The notes beneath the pieces were generated by a model, which did not search any database, was not told the origin of the DNA, and worked only from the letters and a program-made list of their open reading frames with translations. Shown here piece after piece: positions 44,599 to 55,323 of a DNA stretch of 64,000 nt. The stretch spans positions 5,022,001-5,086,000 of the forward strand of contig CAKKNE010000002.1 in NCBI GenBank assembly GCA_918797485.1, in the 5' to 3' direction. Position numbers and translations under genes: made by a program. The DNA comes from Pelagomonas calceolata. Its lineage: Eukaryota. The first letter of the stretch is position 1. Each line of letters starts with the position of its first letter.

Positions 44599-45862
44599 AT
44601 GGCAGTCCTGCGCCACCTCGTGGCCGCGGCGGCCGTAACCAGCGCCCTCGTGACGCCGGTAGCCAGGCCGCGGCCGCGCACGCGACGGCGCGTCATCGAG
44701 GAGCCGCGCGTTGACGACGAGCCGCGCGTCGAGTACGACAACGAAGACGGGCTAGTGTGCGTGATCGACGAGAACGGCTTCAAGAGCTGCGCGCCCGCCG
44801 GGCCGGGCCTGGAATGGTACGAGGACGAGCTCGTGAGCAACGAGAAGAAACTAGAAGCCGTAGAGGCGAAATTGGAAACGCTCAAAGCCGAGAAGAAATT
44901 ACTCGTGGCGAAACAGAAGGAGCTCACGAGCGTCTACGACGAGCTCCGGTTCGAGGTACGGAATGCGGGGTTAAATGGGCCCATACTGGCCTTCGTCCTT
45001 TGTGCCGCGCTCGTCGCCCTGCTCTGGAAGGACTTGTTCATCGTGATATCCCTCTACGAGAACGACGCTTACATGGAGGCCGACTGGCTGCCCGAGAGTC
45101 TCCAATTGTTCGGTCGCCTACCGATGGATTTCCTCCGCGACTACACGGCTGCCGCCGTTGCGATGCCCGTATTGACCAAGGCGGCCACCTCCTGCGTGTC
45201 TTATCTAGGAGGAGATCTGACGGCGCAAGCAGTGGAAGGGCGTCGAAGGGTCGGCTTGCTCGACCTACCGCGCGCGGCGAGGAACGGTTTACTGGGATTC
45301 TTCCTGCACGGGCCGCTCCTGCACTTCTGGATCTTATTCCTAGAGGGCCCATTTGCAAAACTTTTGATGGGGAGCGGCCTGACTGAAGGGCCATTGCTGC
45401 TCGTAGCTAAAGTTGCCCTTGATCAGACGTTGTTTGCGGTCACGATCAACCTCGCGTACGCCTTCATCGACGGGATCCTGTCGGACCAGAGCCCGTCGGA
45501 CGCGTGGCGGCGGTCGAGGCAGGTCTTGGTGCCCAGCGTAGTGCAGTCCTGGCGCTTCTGGCCCCTCGTGCACCTGATATCGTACTCACCGTTGATACCT
45601 GTGTGGAAAGCAACCAGTGCGTCGGGAGCACGACGATTCAGCACGAACGCGCCGTAAAATTTGATTTCCACACAGGTTGATACCCGTCGACCTCAAGGTG
45701 CTGTGGATAGACGTCATGGAAATCGTCTGGGTCGCGATCCTCTCCGCCACGGTCAATTCGGCTGGAGGAGACGACGATGATGGCGAGGGCCCGCGGGTGC
45801 CCTGGGGCGAGGGTCGGTGGGCGGAGCCGCTCGTCGACGAGGGGGGAGCAGTAAGTCGATAA
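44599..45862 (+). CDS. Mpv17/PMP22 family membrane protein, probably plastid
   Basis: PVLTKAATS, GDLTAQ, HGPLLHFW, KVALDQ, WRFWPLVHLISY. Intron 45591-45675. Confidence 0.88.
45599..45675. mobile_element. Introner (family A) with perfect 8-bp TSD GTTGATAC
   Basis: GTTGATAC-CTGTGTGGAAAG...GATTTCCACACAG-GTTGATAC. Confidence 0.95.
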
Positions 45863-45866
45863 CATA

Positions 45867-47366
45867 TTAAGTGAAGAGCCCCACGAGCCAGTTCCACACC
45901 GCTCCGACGGCCGTGAGCACGATGAAGGCCACGACCGACAAATAGCCGACGGCGAGGAGGCAATCGGGAAACTTCGGGCTCGCGCCCTGCGACGCGACCA
46001 TGGCCAGACCGGCTATGATCGCGACGATGCCGCCGGCATGCGCATCGGCGCACCCTCTGCCGCACTCGTCGTCGTTCCCGAGCCCGTCGCCCGGGAACCG
46101 CCGCTTGTTCTCGTGGACGAAGTTGCTGGCCGTGCCCAGGGCGACGACGCCGCCGGCGAAGAGCGCCCAGCCGCAGGCCATGAAGTTCCTTTCCAAAGTC
46201 CACCACCGGCCCGGGCACACGCGCCGATTCAGGTTCAGCAACACGATAACGGCGGCGGCCGCCGCGAGGCACAGGGCGGCGCCCGCGCGCGCGGCAACCA
46301 TATAAGTGCACGCCTCCTGCCCCAGCGTGCAGTCGCCCTCGGGGCTACACCTCTGATAACTGAAGTCCGTGCCGGGCGGGCACGCGCCCTTGGACACGCT
46401 TCGGCACGGCGTGCAGCCGCGGCCCTCGGCCTCGTATTCCACACTCCCTTCATAGTCACCGCACCACACCCCCGGCTCGCAGCACGGCCCGGCGCTCGAG
46501 ACGAGGCGCACCGGGTTGCCCGTCTTGCACTGGCAGGCGCAGCCGCACGTCCCGTCCGTGTACGTGCCGCCCGCGCAGCCGCCGCCGCACTCCCACCAGT
46601 TTGCGTCCCCGCCCGTCACGTCTTCGTGTGTGTCAGGACAGGTCACGCTCCAGAGGCTTCGTCTGCGGGTCGCGTTCGTTTCCGCTGGCGCGTGCTCCAG
46701 CTCACGCCCCAAAACTTTGAAGTCGTCGCCGACGGTCAACCGGCGCGTCAAGTCGTCGAGGTGCTGCTTCGGCGGCCGCGTCGGCGCGGGCGTCGGCGCC
46801 GCAGCCGTGTGGTGGCCCGCCGCCGTCCAGCCGTGCAGGTCGAACGAAAGCTCGACGTCGTCGCCGGCCTCGCGGAGCGTGGCCACGGCCCAGTGGCGAT
46901 TGTCGAGCAGCGCGAAGAGCTCGAGCAGCACGACGAGCAAAGCCGTGCCCATGGCCCAGCCGTGGCGGTCCGCCTGCAGCTTTTTCTGCGCAGCTCTCGC
47001 CTCCGCCGCGGCCTCCGGCGGCCGCGCGGCCTCGACGTCGTCGCCCTCGCTACGGATTGGGCGGAGCGAGTCGGCCCGCGCCAGCATGTCCGCCGGCGCG
47101 AGGACCGAGTGGGCCCGCTCGAGCGCCCGCGCCGGGTCCTGTCGCGCCTGATTGCCGCGGACGGCGGCCTGCACGTGCGTGATCGTCGCGAGCGGCGCCG
47201 TGGAGTGGCCCACGACGGGCGACGCGATCACCGGCCGCGCGAGGGCGACCGCCTCCGGCATTTGACGATCCCGCGCCTCCGCCGCCGCGAGCCGCCGCCG
47301 CAGCGCGGCCAGCTCCTCGCGCAAGGCATCGGCCTCGGTCCGCCGCGGCGCGCTCGGCCGTCCCAT
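45867..47366 (-). CDS. Multi-pass membrane protein with an IQ-like motif and Cys-rich loop
   Basis: VQAAVRGNQAR; one TM, a Cys-rich loop, then about four C-terminal TMs. Confidence 0.65.
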   Translation of the reverse strand: MGRPSAPRRTEADALREELAALRRRLAAAEARDRQMPEAVALARPVIASPVVGHSTAPLATITHVQAAVRGNQARQDPARALERAHSVLAPADMLARADSLRPIRSEGDDVEAARPPEAAAEARAAQKKLQADRHGWAMGTALLVVLLELFALLDNRHWAVATLREAGDDVELSFDLHGWTAAGHHTAAAPTPAPTRPPKQHLDDLTRRLTVGDDFKVLGRELEHAPAETNATRRRSLWSVTCPDTHEDVTGGDANWWECGGGCAGGTYTDGTCGCACQCKTGNPVRLVSSAGPCCEPGVWCGDYEGSVEYEAEGRGCTPCRSVSKGACPPGTDFSYQRCSPEGDCTLGQEACTYMVAARAGAALCLAAAAAVIVLLNLNRRVCPGRWWTLERNFMACGWALFAGGVVALGTASNFVHENKRRFPGDGLGNDDECGRGCADAHAGGIVAIIAGLAMVASQGASPKFPDCLLAVGYLSVVAFIVLTAVGAVWNWLVGLFT

Positions 47367-47551
47367 AGTGATGATGTCGCACCGCTAATGGACAGCTTGC
47401 TGTAACACCAGAATGGTACCCAGGCTTTGAGGCAGCAGAGGACTTGGGAGCACGCACGCGTCGACGAAAACGTTCGTTCGCGTCTCTATTGCCAATTTGT
47501 TGCAGCGTGGGCAGCGATTAGAGCCTGGGCTGCCCAGATCCAAAGTGCTTC

Positions 47552-47575
47552 CTAGTGTCTTTACGTGCCGCTAGC
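47552..47575 (+). promoter_or_regulatory. Conserved intergenic motif in a divergent promoter
   Basis: CTAGTGTCTTTACGTGCCGCTAGC. Confidence 0.6.
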
Positions 47576-47771
47576 TCCGCGGCCGACGATTTGGGCAAAC
47601 TCCCCGCGTTTCACGCAGGAAAGCCACGTTAATTGTTTCTGGCATACTCTAGGCAACAGCGCTTGGCTAGCCGCCCTTCGCGCAGCCGACGGGTTGGCTG
47701 GTAATTAAGGGCTCACTACCCCAGCACTGCGAGGTTGCAAGCCGTCGACGCGGCAGCCTAAAAAAGCAACC

Positions 47772-49121
47772 ATGGCCCCACTCAGCAACCGCCGCGACTC
47801 GTTATTGGGCCCGAAGCCGGACCCGGGAGTAAAAGCGAGCTACGCGCAGATGCTCTCGTTAGCATTGATGCTCTCGTTGGGCGTGGGTCTCATGGCGCTC
47901 CCGAACGAGATATCGAACACGGGGACGGTGCCCTATGCCATTTTATTTGTTTGTGTAGTCTCAGGAATGAATTGGTCCATGCTCGCCCTACTAAGAGCAA
48001 AAGCGGCTGTGGAAGAACGTGGCATAAAAGTACAAAGCTACAGGGATTTGGGGTATGATTTCCTGGGAGGGGACCACGGGTCGCGAGCGGTGGACTGGTG
48101 CGTGGTGGGTTTCCAGTTCGGCGTCTGCGCGTCCTACTTTTCCTTTATGACGAGTACCTTACATACGTTGTGGCCCCATGGACCTTCCGAAACTTCATTT
48201 ACCGTTGTTTTAGTACCGATCGTCGGCGTGCCCTGCGCGCTCAAACATCTAAAAGATCTAGGAACAGTGGCCCAGGTCGCCACTGTGACATATGCGTTCT
48301 CATTATGTACCGTTGGTTTTTATGCTATACACCGGTTAGTCGTAAAAGGCCACGTCTACAACACGCAGCCCTTCTCGGGCAGTCCTTGGGGTCTCATAGG
48401 ACTACTGGGAAGTTTATGCTATGCCTTCGAGGGGATCCCGTCGACGCTCTGCCAGATGAGCAACGCATTAGCCGAACCGGAACGCGCACCGGAGCTAGTC
48501 ACGACATCATTAGTCGGTCTCGCAATAATCTTCACGGCGACGGGCTACGTCTGCAACTTTGCGTATCAAGATCCTGCCAATCCGATTACGGTCTCGTTAA
48601 TTGACGAGTTCGGGATTAGCGGTTTGCCGGCAGCAGCGAACTGGCTCGTCGTCATCTCGGTAGCTCTCAAGTTTCCCATGCAGTTCTTCCCCATGGCGCA
48701 ACAGTTAGAGCATGCTTTAGAGATCGATCGGTACGTTTGTAAACGTGATGATGAGGAGTCGACGAGGTTGTTACCGTCGGAACAGACATTTATTGGCGAG
48801 CGAGATGGAGATAGGTGGTCGGTAGCGTTCCGGGCCATGTTGGTCGTGCTGGCGGCGTTGACAGCGTTGGTCGTAAATGATTTGACCACCATAATCAACG
48901 TGGTGGGGATCGTCTTCGGCCCGTCGCTGGGCTTCATCTTCCCCTGCTACTTCGACCTGATCTGTGTTAGGAGAAGGGCCTACGATCGCACGAAGCTGGA
49001 AGTGGCCATATCGATCGTCGTCCTATGCGTGGCGGTCGCGGCGACGTTCCTCGGTTTCGGGCAGCAGGTCGTGGGCCTCGTGCGAGCTTATATTAATGGG
49101 TCGGACGACGACCGGCGATAG
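47772..49121 (+). CDS. Amino acid transporter (AAAP/SLC36-38 family)
   Basis: LGVGLMALP, SYRDLG, YAFEG, FPMQFFP, GFIFP; about 11 TMs. Confidence 0.9.
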   Translation: MAPLSNRRDSLLGPKPDPGVKASYAQMLSLALMLSLGVGLMALPNEISNTGTVPYAILFVCVVSGMNWSMLALLRAKAAVEERGIKVQSYRDLGYDFLGGDHGSRAVDWCVVGFQFGVCASYFSFMTSTLHTLWPHGPSETSFTVVLVPIVGVPCALKHLKDLGTVAQVATVTYAFSLCTVGFYAIHRLVVKGHVYNTQPFSGSPWGLIGLLGSLCYAFEGIPSTLCQMSNALAEPERAPELVTTSLVGLAIIFTATGYVCNFAYQDPANPITVSLIDEFGISGLPAAANWLVVISVALKFPMQFFPMAQQLEHALEIDRYVCKRDDEESTRLLPSEQTFIGERDGDRWSVAFRAMLVVLAALTALVVNDLTTIINVVGIVFGPSLGFIFPCYFDLICVRRRAYDRTKLEVAISIVVLCVAVAATFLGFGQQVVGLVRAYINGSDDDRR

Positions 49122-49162
49122 CTCTAGTGTTTTCTCGTAATCAATCGTTTTGTGAATTACGG

Positions 49163-49184
49163 CTAGTATCTTACGATCGCTAGC
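49163..49184 (+). promoter_or_regulatory. Conserved intergenic motif (variant)
   Basis: CTAGTATCTTACGATCGCTAGC. Confidence 0.55.
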
Positions 49185-49347
49185 TGCAGCTCGCAGCTGA
49201 GGCAAAAAACTAGGCAACAAAGGCCTACTCGTGCGCGCAGCGCTCCTCACAGACTGCTGTCGCACCACACTTTCAGAATATCCAGCGAATCGCGAGCGCT
49301 ACGCCCCTCATTGTCCGCAGCAGCCCTGTTCCGCATCAGGGTCAATC

Positions 49348-51222
49348 ATGAGCATCGGCCTTGATGCTATCCCCCTCGACGTCCTACGCGGTGTCGTGGC
49401 CTTCGCGACGGGCCGCTTCACCGTCGGCCGCCTCGACGGCGGCGTGAAGGTCTGTGGTCCAGAGTTCCAAGCGTGGTCGGGACACGAGGAGCGGCAGACC
49501 ACGGCGCGCGACCTCCGCGCGCTCGTCAGCGCCATCGGCTTCCACCAGCTGCGCTGTGTGTCGCGGAGCTGGCGCTCGATCGCGGACGATCATCTGCGAG
49601 GCACGCACGAGCGGATCTTCGGGGTCCGGCCGCTCGACATCTTGCCCGTCGACGGCCGCGTGGCGCGCGAGCCGAGCTCCTGGCTCGGGCGGCTCCGGCG
49701 ACTGGTCGGACGCGCGAGCCCAGACGGGGACGACGACGAATATCTCTTCAGCGAGCCGCCGTCGGAAGCGCTCACCGTGCCCTGGAACCTGGCGCGCTAC
49801 GACGCGGGCACCGGCGACCTCGACGGCTCGGCGCCCGTGCTCGCGGCGGTGCGACGCGCCCGCGCCTGCCTGGCGTGGCGCACGTCGCTTACTAGCTACG
49901 CGCGCTTCGGCTGCTGCGGCCACGATACTCGCTTCCGCGAGTCCCTGGCGTGGACTGGCTTCTTCGGCAACGCCGCGGGCCTGCCCTGGCGCCTCGACGC
50001 GCACCACGTCTACATCGACCGGGAGGCCGAGACTGCGTTCGAGCGGGAAGGCGACCTCACAAGAGATGCCCCCGATCCGCCCTTCTCATTTAATGCGGAC
50101 CACGAGCACGTCACGGCGCTGAAGGCCTTCGCCGTGGCGCTCCTACCTACGAACGTCCAGGCTTCCGCTAGCAGCGGCGAGACCACGCGCGTCGACCTCG
50201 TGGGCGGGCCCACTCATTTCATGCACAAGTACGACGAGGCGACGCGCTCGACGGAGGCGGTGCTCTTCGACACGGAAGTGGAGTATAAGGACGCCTACGC
50301 TTGCTGCCCGGAGGCCCCGTCGACCGTGGTGCCGGGGGCGTGCCTCTTCAGCTTTCGAGCAGACCCGAGCGACGTGTGCACTCCCGAGCAATGGGGTGAA
50401 TGGCACAACTATGACGACCGGGAGTTCGGGACCCTCCGCCGGCGTGGCGGTCGCGCGTGGCGGGTTGCTGGTTGCGCTGCGCCCGGGCCTGTGATGAACA
50501 ACGCTGACGTCGTTCTCGACGAGGTTCTTTTTGAGAAGCCTGACGACAGCGCCTACACCGCGTGCGAGGCATGTTTCGAGCAGGACGGCTTTGATTACTA
50601 TGCGGCCACGTCGACGCGCCCCGCGCCCGCCGGCGTCACGGTCCGCCTCGTGTTCCGTGTACTGAAGCACGAGGCCGGCGGGCGCCTCGCGTCGGAGATC
50701 TCCCGCAGTCGCGACAGATACAGCGCCGACACCACCTCTTCTGCGTGGTCTCCCTACCGCCTCGTCATGTCGGGCACCGTGCGCGGGCTCCCTATTCTGA
50801 CGCCCGTGAGAGAACCTGCCAGCGAGGCCGAAGAACTGGCAGAGCGGGAGCGCCTGCGCGAGTGGAAGGCGGCGGACAAAGAACTCCAAGCGCAGCTGCC
50901 GCCCTGTGAGCAGTACGATATCATGCATGCTGAAAAGTATCTACGCGACGGGACCTGGCCCACTCCCTTAAATCCGATTTATAAAGACCGCAAAACCGAT
51001 CCCTGGTGGTCGGAGCCCCAGTGCGAGTGCGAGCGTTGCCAGTTCGAGGCCGACCGCGGCCGAGACAAAGAGTTCGTACGTCTCTCGTACTACTGCACCT
51101 CCTACGGCCTCGACATCCCGATATACCGTCTGGGCCTCGCGTGCGACAAGGTGCTTGCTCAATTGCCGTTGAACAAGCACGGGCGGAATCCGAGCAACTA
51201 CGGCGAAACGAAGGTCCACTGA
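49348..51222 (+). CDS. Hypothetical protein with a possible split F-box-like N-terminus
   Basis: Long ORF with LDAIPLDVLRGVVAF...LRCVSRSWR. Confidence 0.65.
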   Translation: MSIGLDAIPLDVLRGVVAFATGRFTVGRLDGGVKVCGPEFQAWSGHEERQTTARDLRALVSAIGFHQLRCVSRSWRSIADDHLRGTHERIFGVRPLDILPVDGRVAREPSSWLGRLRRLVGRASPDGDDDEYLFSEPPSEALTVPWNLARYDAGTGDLDGSAPVLAAVRRARACLAWRTSLTSYARFGCCGHDTRFRESLAWTGFFGNAAGLPWRLDAHHVYIDREAETAFEREGDLTRDAPDPPFSFNADHEHVTALKAFAVALLPTNVQASASSGETTRVDLVGGPTHFMHKYDEATRSTEAVLFDTEVEYKDAYACCPEAPSTVVPGACLFSFRADPSDVCTPEQWGEWHNYDDREFGTLRRRGGRAWRVAGCAAPGPVMNNADVVLDEVLFEKPDDSAYTACEACFEQDGFDYYAATSTRPAPAGVTVRLVFRVLKHEAGGRLASEISRSRDRYSADTTSSAWSPYRLVMSGTVRGLPILTPVREPASEAEELAERERLREWKAADKELQAQLPPCEQYDIMHAEKYLRDGTWPTPLNPIYKDRKTDPWWSEPQCECERCQFEADRGRDKEFVRLSYYCTSYGLDIPIYRLGLACDKVLAQLPLNKHGRNPSNYGETKVH

Positions 51223-51402
51223 GGCTAAGCGCGCGCCCGCCGGGCGCGCGCATGACATGATCGGTCGAAGCCGGACACGGCAAATCCCCTACATCTATGA
51301 CGGCGCCGTCGTTCATACACTGCAACGACGGCGCCCGACGCGCCGATGTCCGTTCGACTTGTGAGTAAGATACTTATAGAAAAAGAATTTGGAAAGAAGT
51401 GA

Positions 51403-52653
51403 TCAATTTGGGTGCGGCGCGAGCGGCCCCGACGAATCCGACGCGACGGTGGCGGCGGACGAGCCCTTCTTGAACTCGGGCTGCTCGCGGAGGTACTCGG
51501 CGAAGAGGTATCCCAGCCGCACGAAGAGCCGGTTAATACCCTGTAGCTGGTCCATGGCCAGCTGAGATGACGGGTCGACTACCAACCACATTGGATGTTC
51601 GACGCCGTGGTCTTTGCGGACATTGACCTCGACGTATCCGGCGAGTTGGTAGAAGGGATTCCAGGCTTGCAGCCGCACGACGATCAGCCCCCACGACGCG
51701 TCCTCGGACCGCGGCACGTGGCCGGGCACGTCGTACGGATGCGTCGTGTGCGAGATGAGCGTGCACTTGCCGCCGCAACCCATCTGCAGGCCCGCGACTG
51801 TCATCGACGGGCGCTTTTCGGGCGGCAGCTGGTGGTGGCCCACGAACGGCCACGCGTCCGTGATCGCGCGGTTCCGTTCGCGGAGCAGGGACGACGTGAT
51901 ACAGTTCTTGATCGCTCCGCGCGCGAGCTCCTGGTCGACGGCGTCCGCGTCCCCGTCGCCGTCCGCGTCCAGCGGATCGCTCCACTGGTTAATAAACACG
52001 TCCTCCAGCGCGAAGAGCATGGGATTGATGTACGTGACCTTCATGGCCGGAATGAGCGCGATCATGAGCGGGATAGCGACGACGAGCTCGCAGCACCCCT
52101 GCCGGTGCGCGCCGCCGATGACGGCGACCACCAGGTCGGCGAACGGCCACACGAGGCCGAACTTCCGCGCGAGCGCGGCCTCCGCGATCGGCTCCTTGCC
52201 CGTGTTCCAGGAGGGCGCGTCGGCGCCGGGCCGTCCCATGAAGGGGCCGAGCTTCCGCAACGACGCGACGGTGCGCGACGGGTGCGACGCGCCCACCGGG
52301 AGCGAGAGCGCGAGCGTCACGAGAAATACGACGAGGGCCCAGTTGATCGCAAGAAGAATCAAGGGCAGCGAGAGCGGCAGCAGTACCACGTACGAGAAGA
52401 CGTAGAAGCCTGCGTCGCGTGGGACGCGCGCGAGCGGTCGCGGCCGCGGCAGGCGCGCGCTCGTGTAGCCGACGACGAGGAGCAACGGCGTGCTAAAGAG
52501 CGCCACGCCCAGCAGAAACACGGCCACAATGCCGGGCGTGAGCACCAGGAAGATGAACATGGCCATCCAATCCCCAAAGCTCTTGCGTTTCGGCACGTCG
52601 ATAGGTGTCATGTGCTGTGCGAATTGCTCAGGCGTCACCTTCATGGTCGGCAT
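51403..52653 (-). CDS. Unknown membrane protein, paralog A
   Basis: N-terminal TMs; motifs shared with the 52911 gene. Confidence 0.75.
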   Translation of the reverse strand: MPTMKVTPEQFAQHMTPIDVPKRKSFGDWMAMFIFLVLTPGIVAVFLLGVALFSTPLLLVVGYTSARLPRPRPLARVPRDAGFYVFSYVVLLPLSLPLILLAINWALVVFLVTLALSLPVGASHPSRTVASLRKLGPFMGRPGADAPSWNTGKEPIAEAALARKFGLVWPFADLVVAVIGGAHRQGCCELVVAIPLMIALIPAMKVTYINPMLFALEDVFINQWSDPLDADGDGDADAVDQELARGAIKNCITSSLLRERNRAITDAWPFVGHHQLPPEKRPSMTVAGLQMGCGGKCTLISHTTHPYDVPGHVPRSEDASWGLIVVRLQAWNPFYQLAGYVEVNVRKDHGVEHPMWLVVDPSSQLAMDQLQGINRLFVRLGYLFAEYLREQPEFKKGSSAATVASDSSGPLAPHPN

Positions 52654-52910
52654 CGCTGCGCCGTTCAATCCGCCGTCGCAAGGGTTAATCTAGCGTCCGT
52701 GACCGCTTAACTACTCTCTCAATCCATCGCAGTGGGGCTGCCCAGCAATTGCCCAGAGCAGCACGCAGCGCCGACTGCCAGATGACTGCCTGCAAATCTC
52801 TACAAAGCCCCTGTAGCGCTTGCAGCCCCTGTCAAGCCCGCAGCATCCCAGCGCTCGAAATAGCTGCCCTGAGCCGTCAAATTGCTTGCACGGGCAGCCC
52901 ACGGCCAATC

Positions 52911-54371
52911 ATGGCGGCGCAAGTGGCGCCTGATGGTCAGGTGCCTGAGGCTGTGGTGCGACGCGTGAACGGTGAACACAAGCACACCAATGCACATGCA
53001 AGGGACATCAAATCCCGCGGCGACGACACGTCCATCGATGAACCCTGGGAGGTAGATCCAAAGCTAGCGTTCAACGACTCGTACGTTATGTTCACGACGA
53101 AGATGTATCTCTACCCGAAGCTCGCGCTGCTCTGGCTGCCGACGTTCCTGCTGACACTACCGTACGCGTCGCTTGCACATACGTACGGCTCATGTTTACC
53201 CGTGCCGACGGACCACGTCCGCCGCGGCGCGGGGTTCCATGCTAGCCTGCTCGTCGCCCGCCTTCTACTTATTCCCACCTTCGTCCTGGGCCTCGTGAGC
53301 CTCGTCCTCGACTACGTGTTCTACTACCTCTTCGGCGGGCTCTTCTTCCTGCTCTTCGTCCGGGACTTGAAGCAGTACCGCGCCTCTCAAAAGGTTATCG
53401 CGCCGTACCGAGGCGGCACGATCCTAGTCGAGGACATCTTCGTCGCGTCGATCGGGCAATGCCTCCGCAATGGGACAATGGAGCATGCCTTATCCTTTAC
53501 CACAATGCTGACGGTGATGCCCTGGGTCAAATATTACATCAACGCGAATCCGCTGATCTATCCGCTCAAGGAGCGCTTCGTGCAGCAAATTTCGACCTCG
53601 TGGCACGACCTCGGCCCCGACGTTGCCCACGAGAAAGTGCGCGAGATCATCTCGCGGAGCCGGCAGGAGGGGCGCCTGGCCAAGCGGATGGACATGTGGC
53701 GGTTCTGTCCGCACTACCCGTATCCTCCGCCGGGCCGGCGCTGGGCGAACGGCCTGCAAGCCGGAAATATTTTCACGCTCCTGACGCACGTGACCCACGG
53801 CGTCGCGGAGGCGCGGGGCGTCACCGAGAAGGATCAGTTCGTCCTGTCGAACTGCACCGAACGACCGGTCTGGAGGGTCATGCTCTGGTACTCGAATCCG
53901 TACCATTTTCTTAGCGGGTGGGTGGAGGCCTCGATCACGAACGGAGAACCGTCCCAGAAGGACAAGGTGTTTGGCGGGGAACACCCCATGTGGCTCGTCA
54001 CGGCTCCGAGCCCGTTGCTCAGCAACCGAGACAGTCTCACGGGCCCGGGCGTCATCGACGCCTTTTTCGACTCGTGGCTGCCAGTCATTGCCAACGAAGT
54101 CCGCCGCCTCGCGAGGGGCGCGGAATACGCGGCGTCGATGCACCAGGAGGTAGTCTCGAAGGACGGACTGTCGCGGCCCGCGGCAAGCGTTGGCATGGAT
54201 AAGCTCAGCGAAGACGCCGAAAAGATTGACGCGCATCGCGAGCTGCGGGCGGCGGCGAAGAAATCCAAAACGGCACGCATCCTGAAGAAAGCTGGCCGTC
54301 ATCGCGTTCTCCGCCGATCAGACCTCCTGCCGGCGCGGATGAAAATCGGACGCCGCGCCGCATCCCAGTGA
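52911..54371 (+). CDS. Unknown membrane protein, paralog B
   Basis: N-terminal TMs; YIN, GLQ.G, TL..H.TH, NP...L.G.VE and EHPMWLV shared with paralog A. Confidence 0.75.
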   Translation: MAAQVAPDGQVPEAVVRRVNGEHKHTNAHARDIKSRGDDTSIDEPWEVDPKLAFNDSYVMFTTKMYLYPKLALLWLPTFLLTLPYASLAHTYGSCLPVPTDHVRRGAGFHASLLVARLLLIPTFVLGLVSLVLDYVFYYLFGGLFFLLFVRDLKQYRASQKVIAPYRGGTILVEDIFVASIGQCLRNGTMEHALSFTTMLTVMPWVKYYINANPLIYPLKERFVQQISTSWHDLGPDVAHEKVREIISRSRQEGRLAKRMDMWRFCPHYPYPPPGRRWANGLQAGNIFTLLTHVTHGVAEARGVTEKDQFVLSNCTERPVWRVMLWYSNPYHFLSGWVEASITNGEPSQKDKVFGGEHPMWLVTAPSPLLSNRDSLTGPGVIDAFFDSWLPVIANEVRRLARGAEYAASMHQEVVSKDGLSRPAASVGMDKLSEDAEKIDAHRELRAAAKKSKTARILKKAGRHRVLRRSDLLPARMKIGRRAASQ

Positions 54372-55323
54372 CGCAATGTTGGGTGCCGGCCTCCGCCTCG
54401 CGCGTCTCCACGACGACTTTCGGCGCCGTGCCGTACACGTAGATCGCGCCGACCACCACCAGGCCCCCTATCATAAATCTAGATGAAGGCGCCGGCGCGC
54501 TCAGAAAGATGGTTGCCGCGATTGTAGAGACGACGATCGATAAAGACGCCGCTAGAGTTTTGAGGACGTTATCCGCGTAGCGCATCGCCGCCGCAACTAA
54601 CAAGCCGCCGGCCGCATTCAACGCGACGACGAGCCACGCCGAGAAGACGAAGCCGTCCAAATTTGACCGCGACGCCGGCCCCGCGGCTATCAAACACCCG
54701 TTCGCGGCCATCTGCGCCGCGCGCTTCCACAAGACACCATCACCAGAACCGCGTTGGAGCGTCGCCTCTATATAAGTACCGGCCGCCGCACCCAATAACG
54801 ACGTCGTCATCACGGTAGCCACACCTAATAAGTCCGGCGGCTCCAGCGTGTCGACGCCTATGTCTGCCAGTTGGCAGATCGCAATGCCACAAGCGATCGC
54901 GCAGAGGCAGAACCACTGCCTGCCTGAATAGTCCCGTCCCCGGAACACCTTGCCGAACAATGCGGCTGTGAGAACTTTGGACTGTGACAGAACTTGAAAA
55001 GCAGCAACATCCAATCGTCGTGTCGACACGTGGTGCAGGCGATCCGCTAATAAGTATAAAGCTGCCGGTACGAGCATCGGCAATAACTCGCGGTAGTTCA
55101 AAACCTCCACTAAAGCCGTGATAAGGGAGCGCCTCACGCGCGCGAGCACGGCGATCGCTGTTGTAAATTTCAGAATTTCACAAGCGAAGACGGCCGCCGT
55201 CGCCGAAAAGTTGGGAGAGACGGTCCGCGCGTGCTTCATGACTAGTCGCAGCGACGTGTTCTGGAGCACCAGTAAAGCGAGCACGCCGATTCGCAGGAGC
55301 GGCGGCGTCGCGGCGCCGGCCAT
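54205..55323 (-). CDS. Nucleotide-sugar transporter (SLC35A type)
   Basis: LLVLQN, AVFACEILK, VPAALY, FQVLSQSKVLTAALF, GGLLVAAAMRYADNVLK. 3' end uncertain. Confidence 0.88.
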   Translation of the reverse strand: MAGAATPPLLRIGVLALLVLQNTSLRLVMKHARTVSPNFSATAAVFACEILKFTTAIAVLARVRRSLITALVEVLNYRELLPMLVPAALYLLADRLHHVSTRRLDVAAFQVLSQSKVLTAALFGKVFRGRDYSGRQWFCLCAIACGIAICQLADIGVDTLEPPDLLGVATVMTTSLLGAAAGTYIEATLQRGSGDGVLWKRAAQMAANGCLIAAGPASRSNLDGFVFSAWLVVALNAAGGLLVAAAMRYADNVLKTLAASLSIVVSTIAATIFLSAPAPSSRFMIGGLVVVGAIYVYGTAPKVVVETREAEAGTQHCVTGMRRGVRFSSAPAGGLIGGERDDGQLSSGCVPFWISSPPPAARDARQSFRRLR

